Below are positions 18,509 to 27,892 of a DNA stretch of 52,975 nucleotides, one piece after another. The DNA lies in NCBI GenBank assembly GCA_036658935.1, contig JAVXDN010000001.1:1-52975 (forward strand), given 5' to 3'. The number at the start of each line of letters is the position of its first letter. Positions within the stretch are counted from its first letter, which is position 1. Source of the stretch: Bacilli bacterium. GTDB taxonomy: Bacteria > Bacillota_I > Bacilli_A > RF39 > UBA660. The notes beneath the pieces were generated by a model that did not search any database, was not told where the DNA came from, and was given only the letters and a program-made list of their open reading frames with translations. Both the position numbers and the translations under genes were made by a program.

Positions 18509-20651
18509 GGTAGTTTCTTATTAAATTTTTAATTTTTCTAGCTCCAGATAAGTTATATTCTGAAGATATAAGTATGGAATTAATTTCTGTTGTCTTTAAT
18601 TTAATGTTCTGTTTAATTGCCTCTTTTTCTATTATTTTTATCATGTCTTTTTCTTTTAATGTATTAAAGTTAAATGAATAATCTATTCTACCTAAGAACT
18701 CAATTGGAAATGTATTATTATTTTTAGTTTCTTTGTTTATAAAACCTAATGTTTCTTTATTATTTAGATTGTTTGTTGTTATAAAGAATGTTGCATTATT
18801 AAAGTTTAATGTTTCTCCTTTTGAATTTTCTATTGTACCTTCATCTAATAAATTTAAAAATAAGTTTAGTATACTTTTATGTGCTCTATCTATTTCATCA
18901 AGTATTATTACTGAACTAGGATACTCTTTAATCTTTTCCAGTGGAGTGTTTATATCATCATATCCTATATATCCACTTGGGGATCCTAAAAGTTTGTTTA
19001 TACTCATTTCATTTTTATATTCACTCATATTTAGCTTTATTATGTTCAGTTTATTTAATTTAGCATATTCTAATGCAAGAGATGTTTTTCCTACTCCTGA
19101 TGGTCCATTAAATAAAATAGATAATGGTTTTTTATTAGTTTTAAGTTTTATTTTATTATTAATTTTAATTAGTTCATCTATTATACTATTTTGTCCTATT
19201 ATTTTTAATTTAAGATTTTTAGATAATGATGTATTTAATACACTTTTATTACTTAATTCATATATTATACAATTACTTTTAGCTTCTAATACTTCTTTTA
19301 ATGTTTTTAATGTTAAAGATGATGTATCTCCTTTTTCATTAATTATTTTAATTTTTTTTATTAGTAATTTTTCTTGTTCTTTTAGCTCTTTTGCCATATT
19401 TATTTTGTTATTAGCTATATATTGTCTTTTTTTATTTGTTATTTCTTTTAAATTATTTTCTAAGTTTACTAATTTATTATTATTTTTATTTACTGATATT
19501 TTAGCACATGCCTCATCTAATATATCCAAGCTTTTATCGGGTTCTCTTCTGTTAGTTATATACTTATTTGTAAGAGTTACTAAAGATTTTATTATATTAT
19601 CATTAATTTTCACATGGTGAAATTCTTCATAATCTTTTTTGACTCCTTTTATTATTTCTATAGTTTTTTCTAAGTCAGGTTCTTCTATAATTATTTTTTG
19701 AAATCTTCTATCTAATGCTTTATCTTTTTCTATATATTTTTTATATTCTTGAGTAGTTGTAGCTCCTATCACTTTTATATTATTTCGTGCAAGAGAAGGT
19801 TTTAGTATATTAGATGCATCTATTGCACCTTCAGCGCCACCAGCACCTACTAATGTATGTATTTCATCAATAAATAATATAATATCAGAATTTGATTCTA
19901 TTTCTTTGATTATTTTACTCATTTTTTCTTCAAATTCTCCTCTATATTTTGTGCCTGATATTACATCAGAAAGATTTAAAGATATTATTTTTTTATTTTT
20001 TAAGAAATCAGGGACTTTTTTATCTACTATTCTTTTACTTAGTCCTTCTACGATAGCTGTTTTCCCTACTCCAGCCTCTCCTAGAAGTAAACAATTGTTT
20101 TTAGTTTTTCTAGCTAATAACTCTATTACTCTTTCTATTTCTTCATCTCTTCCAATTACTTTATCTAATTTATTTTCTATAGCTAGAGTGTTTAAATTTA
20201 TACCAAGTTCTAAAAGAAGTTTAGGTTCTTTGTCTGTTGTAGTTACTGATAGTTCTTTATATAATGATGTTAAATCTACATGTAAGTTTTTAAGTATATT
20301 TATTCCTATACCATCTCCTTCTTCTATTAAAGATATAAGAAGTGTTATATCAGTTACTTCTTTTCTTTCCTCTATAGATACAGAAATTGATGAGTTTATT
20401 ATTCTTTTTAATAAAGGTGTATAAAATATATATCCATCATTATTTTTAGTGGTTCCAACTAAATTATCTAATTCTTTTTTAAAATTTTCATAAGTAATAT
20501 TATACTTATTTAATATACTTTTTGCTTTGCAATCTATTTTTAATAATGCTAATAATAAGTGTTCGCTTCCTACATATGGATGAAAGGATGAATACATTTC
20601 TTCTTCACTTTGTTTTAAAATTTTTTTGATTTCTTCGCTGTATTTAAACAT
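18498..20651 (-). CDS. ClpC-like class I AAA+ ATPase (Clp protease ATP-binding subunit), short form
   Basis: Clp_N repeats. D1 has Walker A GEAGVGKTA and Walker B ILFIDEIH. A short coiled-coil linker follows. D2 has Walker A GPSGVGKT and Walker B VIILDEIDRAH. A possible ClpP-docking LGF loop is present. At 717 aa it is shorter than typical ClpC. Confidence 0.85.
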   Translation of the reverse strand: MFKYSEEIKKILKQSEEEMYSSFHPYVGSEHLLLALLKIDCKAKSILNKYNITYENFKKELDNLVGTTKNNDGYIFYTPLLKRIINSSISVSIEERKEVTDITLLISLIEEGDGIGINILKNLHVDLTSLYKELSVTTTDKEPKLLLELGINLNTLAIENKLDKVIGRDEEIERVIELLARKTKNNCLLLGEAGVGKTAIVEGLSKRIVDKKVPDFLKNKKIISLNLSDVISGTKYRGEFEEKMSKIIKEIESNSDIILFIDEIHTLVGAGGAEGAIDASNILKPSLARNNIKVIGATTTQEYKKYIEKDKALDRRFQKIIIEEPDLEKTIEIIKGVKKDYEEFHHVKINDNIIKSLVTLTNKYITNRREPDKSLDILDEACAKISVNKNNNKLVNLENNLKEITNKKRQYIANNKINMAKELKEQEKLLIKKIKIINEKGDTSSLTLKTLKEVLEAKSNCIIYELSNKSVLNTSLSKNLKLKIIGQNSIIDELIKINNKIKLKTNKKPLSILFNGPSGVGKTSLALEYAKLNKLNIIKLNMSEYKNEMSINKLLGSPSGYIGYDDINTPLEKIKEYPSSVIILDEIDRAHKSILNLFLNLLDEGTIENSKGETLNFNNATFFITTNNLNNKETLGFINKETKNNNTFPIEFLGRIDYSFNFNTLKEKDMIKIIEKEAIKQNIKLKTTEINSILISSEYNLSGARKIKNLIRNYQTT

Positions 20652-20711
20652 TTGCGTCTCCTCTTTATAATACTATGATTATATTGAGTATTTACAACAT
20701 TTTTTAAACAT

Positions 20712-20738
20712 AAAAAAAGATGATTTCTCATCTTTTTT
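20712..20738 (-). terminator. Intrinsic terminator after the yfcC-like gene
   Basis: AAGATGA-tttc-TCATCTT stem flanked by A7/T6 runs. Confidence 0.55.
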
Positions 20739-20748
20739 GTATTATTTA

Positions 20749-22200
20749 TTAGATATACGCTACTATAAGAATAATTATAAATATTACTACAAGTAATGTT
20801 ACTAATAATTTCCATGTCTTCTTAATCCATTCTTTGTAATTAATTCCTAAGAATTCTAGACCAAGAATTAGCATTGTACTAGTTGGAGCTACAAACATTG
20901 TAAGTCCATATAGTGCTTGAGTTGCTACTGCTATCATGTTAGTTGCAGTACTTCCTAGTGTTCCTAGAAGTAAAGCAAGTTGACTTTGTGAAACATAAAC
21001 CATTTCAATATTAAGAGCTGAGCTAATAATAGAAACTATAGATGTAAAGAAAGTATTTACAAATGTTCCTAAGAAACTTAACCATTTAACATTGCCTAAT
21101 AGATTTACTATCCACTCTGAAGCATTCATAAACCAAGAAGCTACTGTTGTGTAGAATGGATTGTATGCTGTAATTACTACTATTGTCATCGATAATGTAA
21201 TAATAAGAGCTGGTTTTATCATTTTTTTGATACCTTCAAAGAAGTTATCTGCTACTTCACTAAATTTAATTTTATAAACTAATGAGAATATAATAGTTAA
21301 TACTATTACAACTGCAGCTATTTGTTGATAATACCAATTACCGAAAGCAGGCATTTTACCAATTAAGCTTCCAAATATAGCAAAATCTTTTCCTAGAGTA
21401 AATGTAGTTATTGTTGTATGAAGTGTTTCAAAGAATTCTAACTTAAATACTAATTTCCAAGGTGTACAAGCTAAAATCATTAGAACAGCTACTACAGAGA
21501 ATACTAGTACTATTGGCCATATCTTTGTTTTTTTACTAGAAGAACCTTCAATAAACATAATTTCATCTGATTTATCATTTGCTTTTTTACTTTTAGATGC
21601 ATGTTTAATAGTAAATGCTATGTAGATAACGAATGTTATTACAAATAATGCTATTTTAGTAATTATTTCTGTTGTGAAGTCTGTAGATAGGGCTTGATTA
21701 ATATAACCAGTTACGAAGTAGTTGTATGTACTTCCTATGGTTCCTATTAATGTTGCTCCAAATGTCACTAACATTGCTGTTATTTTATCATATCCAAGGA
21801 ATGTAACTATTGCTATAATTGCTGGTATAAATAAGAATAATAATATTCCTAAACTGCATACACTAGTTAATACAGCCATAACAAATGCTATTACTACTAA
21901 GAATATTACTTCTTTTCCTTTTAATGCTTTTGCTATTTTTTCTATGAAGTTTTTATATGCATCTGTTTTAGATAAAACTCCATATAGTCCTCCTACTGCA
22001 AGGATAAATATAATTAGTTGTATGAAATATTGTATAGCTAGAAGTGGATAATCAAATAGTTCATATAAACCTATTCTACTTCTTCCTAAGCTCATTAATT
22101 CAGTACCACTCCATTGTCCTGCTGGTATGATCCAACTTAAAACTACAAGTGCTATGATTGTTATGGATATAATCATTGTTAATCCATGTCTTTTTTTCAT
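20749..22200 (-). CDS. YfcC / DcuC-type anaerobic C4-dicarboxylate-carrier family membrane protein
   Basis: 483 aa polytopic protein; N-terminal ...LSWIIPAGQW resembles the YfcC signature (TWIIPAGxY). Confidence 0.7.
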   Translation of the reverse strand: MKKRHGLTMIISITIIALVVLSWIIPAGQWSGTELMSLGRSRIGLYELFDYPLLAIQYFIQLIIFILAVGGLYGVLSKTDAYKNFIEKIAKALKGKEVIFLVVIAFVMAVLTSVCSLGILLFLFIPAIIAIVTFLGYDKITAMLVTFGATLIGTIGSTYNYFVTGYINQALSTDFTTEIITKIALFVITFVIYIAFTIKHASKSKKANDKSDEIMFIEGSSSKKTKIWPIVLVFSVVAVLMILACTPWKLVFKLEFFETLHTTITTFTLGKDFAIFGSLIGKMPAFGNWYYQQIAAVVIVLTIIFSLVYKIKFSEVADNFFEGIKKMIKPALIITLSMTIVVITAYNPFYTTVASWFMNASEWIVNLLGNVKWLSFLGTFVNTFFTSIVSIISSALNIEMVYVSQSQLALLLGTLGSTATNMIAVATQALYGLTMFVAPTSTMLILGLEFLGINYKEWIKKTWKLLVTLLVVIFIIILIVAYI

Positions 22201-22349
22201 TTTTCTTTCTCCTCCTTACTTTATTATACAATACATTGGGGTTAATTTACAAATAAATTAGCGTAATTCATGATAATTCTTCTATAGAATCAATGATTTT
22301 ATTGTGATATACTGTTTAAGCGATATTATATTATTACTTGGAGGAGAAA

Positions 22350-23213
22350 ATGAATAAAGATATTAATAAATTTGTTATTAAAAGTTCTCAGGAATTATTT
22401 AAATTTTTAGAAGAATGTTTTCCTGATTATTCTCATAAGAAGATTAAAATGATGCTTAGTCATGGATTAATTTCTATTAATGGAGTATTGTGTACTCAAT
22501 TTAATCAGATGTTAAAAAGAGGACAAATTCTTACTATAAACGATGGGAAGTTTTATGGTAAGGTTGAAGATAATAGATTAGTTATTTTATATGAGGATGA
22601 TGATTTAATAGCTGTTTCTAAACCTGCTGGATTATTGTCTGTTTCTACAGAAAAGGTTAAAGATAATACTATGTTTCATATAGTAAGTAATTATGTTAAA
22701 CAAAAAAATAATAAAAATAAAATCTTTGTTATTCATAGATTAGATAAAGATACTTCTGGTATTTTAATTTTTGCTAAATCAGAAAAAGTTAAACATATGT
22801 TACAAGATCATTGGGATCAAGCAGTTAAAAATAGAATATATATAGCTGTTGTATGTGGTAGTGTTAAAGAGGAAACAGGAGTTATTAAGAGTTATTTAGC
22901 TACTAACGAGGCCTTGAAAGTTTATTCTACTAGCGATTCTACTATTGGTAAATTAGCTATTACTAGATATAAAAAGTTAAAAGAAAAGAATGGATGTTCT
23001 TGGTTAGAAGTTTCTTTAGAAACTGGTAGAAAAAATCAAATAAGAGTTCATATGAGTGATATTGGACATTGTGTAGCTGGTGATAAGAAATATGGATGTA
23101 CTAAAGATCCTTTTAAAAGACTTGGGTTACATGCTTACATTTTAGAATTTATTCATCCTATTACTAAAAAAGTTATTAAGATAGTTGCCCCTATACCTAA
23201 TATATTAAAATAA
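22350..23213 (+). CDS. RluA-family 23S rRNA/tRNA pseudouridine synthase with S4 domain
   Basis: Catalytic HRLDKDTSGILIFAK motif, N-terminal S4-like KIKMMLSHGLISINGV. The ATG at 22350 follows GGAGGAG; TTG 22338 is rejected. Confidence 0.85.
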   Translation: MNKDINKFVIKSSQELFKFLEECFPDYSHKKIKMMLSHGLISINGVLCTQFNQMLKRGQILTINDGKFYGKVEDNRLVILYEDDDLIAVSKPAGLLSVSTEKVKDNTMFHIVSNYVKQKNNKNKIFVIHRLDKDTSGILIFAKSEKVKHMLQDHWDQAVKNRIYIAVVCGSVKEETGVIKSYLATNEALKVYSTSDSTIGKLAITRYKKLKEKNGCSWLEVSLETGRKNQIRVHMSDIGHCVAGDKKYGCTKDPFKRLGLHAYILEFIHPITKKVIKIVAPIPNILK

Positions 23214-23247
23214 AAAATCAAAAACTTTTATGCTTTTGATTTTTTTA
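23213..23247. terminator. Bidirectional terminator between the pseudouridine synthase gene and lysS
   Basis: AAAAATCAAAA-acttttatgc-TTTTGATTTTT hairpin between convergent stops. Confidence 0.5.
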
Positions 23248-23253
23248 TTACAT

Positions 23254-24744
23254 TTATTGTTGTTCTGTTCTTTCTTTCATTGTTGGGAAAAGTATGACTT
23301 CTCTAATTGTATCAGCTGAAGCAATTAGCATTACTAATCTATCAATTCCCATTCCCATTCCACCTGTAGGAGGTAAACCATATTCTAGTGCTTCACAATA
23401 ATCTACATCCATATCGTTAGCTTCATCATTTCCTAATTCTTGCTGTTTTACTTGAGATTCAAATCTTTCTCTTTGATCTATTGGGTCATTTAGTTCAGAG
23501 AATGCATTAGCATATTCTCCTCCACAAATAAATAATTCAAATCTTTCTGTAAATCTAGGATCTAATTCATTTTTCTTAGCTAAAGGACTTATTTCTATTG
23601 GGTAACTATATATAAATGTTGGTTCAACTATAGTTTCTTCACAATATTTATCATAGAAAGCTTCTACTATGTGTCCATATTCAAAGTGTTCTTCTATTTC
23701 TATATTATGTTCTATTGCTATTTTTTTAGCTTCTTCTAGAGTATAATGATCTTCAAAATTTATCCCAGTCTTTTCTTTTATAAGTTCTGTCATTTTAACT
23801 CTTTTAAAAGGTTTAGAGAAGTCTAGGTCATTTCCTCTAAATGTAATATGTAGTGTATTTATAGTCTTTTCTAAAGCATTTTTAATTAGTGCTTCAGTTA
23901 TATTCATCATTCCTTCTAAATCAGAATATGCTTTGTATAATTCTATTGTAGTAAATTCAGGATTATGGTTTTTATCCATTCCTTCATTTCTAAATATTCT
24001 ACCTATTTCATATACAGCATCCATTCCACCTACTATAAGTCTCTTTAAGTGAAGTTCTGTTGCAATTCTAAGATACATTTCAATTCCTAAAGCGTTATGC
24101 TTAGTAATGAATGGTCTAGCGTTTGCTCCACCTCTAATAGTTCCTAATATTGGTGTTTCTACTTCTGTATATCCTAAATCATCTAAATAATTTTGAATAC
24201 TTCTAATTATTTTTGGTCTTAGGAATGCTATTCTTTTAGCTTCATCGTTCATAATTAAATCAACATAACGTCTTCTAAATCTTTCTTCAACATCAACTAG
24301 TCCGTGATATTTTTCTGGAAGTGGTCTAATTGATTTAGATAAATGTGTATATACGTGAGCTTCTACAGATAATTCTCCAGTATGAGTTTTCATAACTTTA
24401 CCTTCAATACCTACTATATCTCCTAAATCATTCTTATCGAAGATATAATACATGTCTTCTCCAATATTATCAATTTTAACATATATTTGAATTTGTCCAA
24501 ATTTATCTTGTAGGTTCATGAATCCTGCTTTACCTTTAACACGTTTAGTCATGATTCTTCCAGCTACACTTACTGTTATATTTTTAGTTTCTAATTCTTC
24601 TTTAGTAAGTTCACCATATTTTTCTTTTAATTCTTTTGAGTCAGATGTTACCTTATATGAAGAACCATATGGATTCACTCCTCTACTCTTGAAATCTTCA
24701 AGTTTTGCTCTTCTAGCTAATTCTTGATCTGTCAATTTTTCCAT
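23254..24744 (-). CDS. lysS: Lysine--tRNA ligase (class II)
   Basis: OB anticodon-binding domain plus class II motifs (FRNEG, GGMGMGIDRL). The ATG at 24744 follows GAGGTG; the GTG at 24753 overlaps the RBS. Confidence 0.95.
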   Translation of the reverse strand: MEKLTDQELARRAKLEDFKSRGVNPYGSSYKVTSDSKELKEKYGELTKEELETKNITVSVAGRIMTKRVKGKAGFMNLQDKFGQIQIYVKIDNIGEDMYYIFDKNDLGDIVGIEGKVMKTHTGELSVEAHVYTHLSKSIRPLPEKYHGLVDVEERFRRRYVDLIMNDEAKRIAFLRPKIIRSIQNYLDDLGYTEVETPILGTIRGGANARPFITKHNALGIEMYLRIATELHLKRLIVGGMDAVYEIGRIFRNEGMDKNHNPEFTTIELYKAYSDLEGMMNITEALIKNALEKTINTLHITFRGNDLDFSKPFKRVKMTELIKEKTGINFEDHYTLEEAKKIAIEHNIEIEEHFEYGHIVEAFYDKYCEETIVEPTFIYSYPIEISPLAKKNELDPRFTERFELFICGGEYANAFSELNDPIDQRERFESQVKQQELGNDEANDMDVDYCEALEYGLPPTGGMGMGIDRLVMLIASADTIREVILFPTMKERTEQQ

Positions 24745-24836
24745 TTCTTTCACCTCAGTGCTTATATTATACTAGTTTTATTAATAAGAATCAATATAGA
24801 AAGTGCTGGATTTTTTGCTATAACTGTGTTATAATA

Positions 24837-24845
24837 TAGCTCATT
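24837..24845 (+). promoter_or_regulatory. Extended -10 element upstream of the orphan ORF 24865
   Basis: TGtTATAAT at 24837-24845; no good -35. Confidence 0.35.
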
Positions 24846-24864
24846 AAAGAAAAGGGGAAATATA

Positions 24865-25668
24865 ATGAAAAAAATTAGTGAATTTGATGAATTATCTTTT
24901 TTTGAATTATTTGTATATAGTTTAGATAAATGTGGATGTACTGATTTTGATTTTGCTCATGTTGAAAGCAGTTTTAATGAATATTTATTAACAGGTTACT
25001 TTTCTGATTTTATTCCAAGTAGTAATATAGACAGAAATGTTGATGGGATGCCTTCGTTAGAAAAAGGTCTTTACTATACTATAGGAAGAGGAATATCTGA
25101 ATTTGGTAATAAAGAGAGACAAGTTTTAGTACATTTAACTGATTCTAAAAGAAAAGATATAGAAAAGATTTATATAAGTGAACTCAAGGAAAGAGTTTTG
25201 AAGTTTACTAAAGAATATATTGATATAATTGATTTTGAAAAAGAAAATGAAGGTATTAGAGTAAAGAAAAATAATTTAAAAGATAGTTTTAATTTATTTT
25301 CAGGAATGCAAGATGATACTTTAGTTACGCTTGATATGATTAGTGATGGAGTTATTGTTTCAAATGATTATAAGGAAGAAACAGATACTCAAAAGATTAT
25401 ATCTTTTACAGATCCTTTGGATAAAGAATTTATTAGATTAAGTAATGTTCATTTTAGAAAAGTATCTTTAATAGGTGCTAGTTATGTAATTGAACAATAT
25501 AAAACAAAAATGAATAAAAATAGAGAATTTTTAATGGGTAGTACAATTTATACTTCTGATTTCTCGACGCTAGATAAGGATTATTTAAGAAGACTTGCTA
25601 AAGGAAGAAAAGAAGACGATTTAATAGAATCGACAACAGAAAAGCCATCAGTTTATTTATTAAAGTGA
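24865..25668 (+). CDS. Hypothetical protein (no recognisable domain)
   Basis: 267 aa ORF with AAAGGGGA RBS; no motif recognised; 3' end overlaps the convergent dusB by 9 nt. Confidence 0.5.
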   Translation: MKKISEFDELSFFELFVYSLDKCGCTDFDFAHVESSFNEYLLTGYFSDFIPSSNIDRNVDGMPSLEKGLYYTIGRGISEFGNKERQVLVHLTDSKRKDIEKIYISELKERVLKFTKEYIDIIDFEKENEGIRVKKNNLKDSFNLFSGMQDDTLVTLDMISDGVIVSNDYKEETDTQKIISFTDPLDKEFIRLSNVHFRKVSLIGASYVIEQYKTKMNKNREFLMGSTIYTSDFSTLDKDYLRRLAKGRKEDDLIESTTEKPSVYLLK

Positions 25669-26640
25669 TAGCTTTTTTTTATATTCATCTATTATATTAA
25701 ATAATTCATCTTCTTTAGTAGCTGCTGTTATTTTGTTTTTTATTTCTTTGTTATCTTTCATTCCTTTTATATACCATAATGCGTGTGTTCTGATTTCTAA
25801 AAGTGCTTGTTTTTCTGTTGTATCTTTTTTTAACATTTTATAGTGAGTTTTAATCATATCTAGTTTCTCTATATCTTTAGGATTAGGTAGTATTTTATTA
25901 TTTTCAACATACTCTACACATTGTTTAATTAACCAGGGATTACCAAGTGCTCCTCTTCCAATCATCACTGCATCACATCCAGTGTATTTCAACATATTTT
26001 CAGCATCATATATACTGGTTATATCACCATTGCCTATTACTGGTATATGTACTGCTTCTTTTACTTCTTTAATTATATTCCAATCGGCTTTTCCTGAATA
26101 TCCTTGAGATCTAGTTCTTGCATGTATAGCGATAGCACTTGCTCCAGCTTCTTCTATTTTTTTAGCTACAAGTACAGCATTTATATTGTTTTGATCCCAT
26201 CCACTCCTGATTTTGACAGTTACAGGAATGTTTACTGAAGAAACAATGGAAGATACTATTTCTTTTATTTTATTTGGATCTTTTAATAATGATGATCCAG
26301 CTTGAGATTTTAATGCTACTTTTGGTACTGGACATCCCATATTAATATCAATAATATCTGGATGGATGTATTTTTCTATATATTTAGCTGCCTCTACAAA
26401 AGATTCAGTATCACTTCCAAATATTTGTATGCTAATTGGTCTTTCTTCTTCACTAAATTTCATTAGTTCTATAGTTTTCTCACTATTATGTGTTAATCCC
26501 ATAGTACTTATCATTTCTGAGTATACTAAACCTGCTCCCATGTTTTTTATGATTTTTCTGTATGTATGGTTAGATACACCAGCAAGGGGAGCTAAAACTA
26601 TTCTATTATCAATTTTTACATTTCCTATTTTCCATGTCAT
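25660..26640 (-). CDS. dusB: tRNA-dihydrouridine synthase B
   Basis: LAPLAGVSN, INMGCPVPKV (catalytic Cys), TIM-barrel FMN motifs; dusB-lysS neighbourhood as in Bacillus. Confidence 0.9.
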   Translation of the reverse strand: MTWKIGNVKIDNRIVLAPLAGVSNHTYRKIIKNMGAGLVYSEMISTMGLTHNSEKTIELMKFSEEERPISIQIFGSDTESFVEAAKYIEKYIHPDIIDINMGCPVPKVALKSQAGSSLLKDPNKIKEIVSSIVSSVNIPVTVKIRSGWDQNNINAVLVAKKIEEAGASAIAIHARTRSQGYSGKADWNIIKEVKEAVHIPVIGNGDITSIYDAENMLKYTGCDAVMIGRGALGNPWLIKQCVEYVENNKILPNPKDIEKLDMIKTHYKMLKKDTTEKQALLEIRTHALWYIKGMKDNKEIKNKITAATKEDELFNIIDEYKKKLSL

Positions 26641-26654
26641 ATTTATATTTTACA

Positions 26655-26690
26655 ATAAAAAAAGAGTAATTAATACTCTTATTTTTTTTC
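26655..26690 (-). terminator. Intrinsic terminator after the repeat-domain surface protein gene
   Basis: AAGAGTA-attaa-TACTCTT (26662-26680) with flanking A/T runs, overlapping the stop codon, only about 20 nt upstream of the dusB ATG. Confidence 0.5.
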
Positions 26691-27713
26691 TTTAAAAGTT
26701 ATTGTACATACAGTGTCAGCGGTTACGCTAGCTATACTGAACATATTTTTTGTTAGTGTTCCCACTTGATTATTAGTACAACTTATTGTCGGATCTGTTT
26801 CTATGAAGTTTGGATTAGCATTTACAGCAAATTGTTGAGATTTCCCATGAAGTACAGTTGCAGGAGAACCTAAAACATTTCCATTTACTACATTTAATGT
26901 TACTTTATGATTTATTTGTTTAAAGTCTATAGTACATACAGTGTCAGCGGTTACATTACTAACTGTTAATTTATTATCTCCCCAAGATGCAGTTTGATTA
27001 TTAGTACAAGTTACTTTATTAAATACATATCCGTCTGCTGCTGTAGCATTTAGAACTGCATTTGTTCCACCTTTAACACTTACATTTTCTTCAGTTATAG
27101 TTCCGAAATTTGCTTTAGCTTGAACGTTAAAATCATTTAATTTAAATTTTACTTCACATTTAGTATTCTTTTTTAATGCTTTGATTGTTAATATATTTGT
27201 TTTTGGATCCCATGATGTTTCATTTTTTTCATCACATACTGCGGTATCAAATGTATATTTCTCTGTAGGGATTATTTTATATGTAGCATCTGATCCATTT
27301 ATAAATGTTTTTGTTATTTGATCTCCTGATGCATCTAATATTGCATTTGTTAGGGTAAAGTCTACTTTAAATGCATTTCCTTTAAAATATAATTTACAAG
27401 TAGTATCAGCGGTTAATTTTGGAGTAAATTGCCAAGATGTATTATCCCATATTCCTTCTACTCTATTAGTACAAGTGTATCTATCATATATGTATCTTTC
27501 TTCTATTTTACCTGTAGAGTCTTTTGCATTTACTGGAAGTATTGGTACTTGAATATCATCAACATAATATTTATAGTTTATGTTAAAATCCTTTTTCACT
27601 GGAGTTTTTTCTTTACTTTGTATTGATTGAAATAATCCTAACATTCCTAATACTAAGAATATTACTATAAAACTTGATAACAATATTATTACTGGTTTAT
27701 TACTTTTCTTCAT
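26679..27713 (-). CDS. Membrane-anchored surface protein with four Cys-pair beta-repeats (divergent InlB-B-repeat-like)
   Basis: N-terminal signal anchor, then four units of about 75 aa. Each unit has ...C(T/D)N...(S)W... and ends (L/V)TADT(V/T)C(T/K)(I/L)xFK. Confidence 0.6.
   Translation of the reverse strand: MKKSNKPVIILLSSFIVIFLVLGMLGLFQSIQSKEKTPVKKDFNINYKYYVDDIQVPILPVNAKDSTGKIEERYIYDRYTCTNRVEGIWDNTSWQFTPKLTADTTCKLYFKGNAFKVDFTLTNAILDASGDQITKTFINGSDATYKIIPTEKYTFDTAVCDEKNETSWDPKTNILTIKALKKNTKCEVKFKLNDFNVQAKANFGTITEENVSVKGGTNAVLNATAADGYVFNKVTCTNNQTASWGDNKLTVSNVTADTVCTIDFKQINHKVTLNVVNGNVLGSPATVLHGKSQQFAVNANPNFIETDPTISCTNNQVGTLTKNMFSIASVTADTVCTITFKEKK
26704..26954. repeat. Exact 23-nt direct repeat inside the surface protein gene
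   Basis: GTACATACAGTGTCAGCGGTTAC at 26704-26726 and 26932-26954 (encodes VTADTVCT in repeats 3 and 4); a degenerate third copy lies near 27400. Confidence 0.9.
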
Positions 27714-27892
27714 TTTTTAACCACCTTTTATTCTTCTATATCTTATGACTAATTTTATAAAATTATAGCATAATTGTCAAGAATATTATCATATAATTGA
27801 AATAGTACAAATGTAAAAGAGTAAGTATGGATAAATAGTATAAAAAAAGAATTTTATGTTATATGTTTTATGTTATAATCTAATTAGGTGAT

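Noticed and set aside
18733-20424. Two long plus-strand ORFs (295 aa at 18733-19620 and 172 aa at 19906-20424) lie antisense to the clpC-like gene
   Set aside because: They are low-complexity, Phe/Leu/Ile/Ser-rich translations lying wholly inside a gene with unambiguous AAA+ motifs. Open antisense frames like these are expected when an AT-rich gene is rich in Lys, Glu, Asn and Ile codons. No RBS is present.
17090-24864. T-box leaders upstream of cysS and lysS
   Set aside because: The upstream non-coding regions are only about 88 nt (part of which is the clpC terminator) and about 120 nt. Both are too short for a T-box riboswitch, and I saw no specifier/antiterminator T-box sequence.
27852-27877. 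Tandem TTTTATGTTATA repeat (27852-27863 and 27866-27877) upstream of the GNAT gene
   Set aside because: It is a short AT-rich duplication overlapping a plausible extended -10 (TGtTATAAT, 27871-27879). It is most simply explained as promoter-region slippage and gives no evidence of a distinct element.
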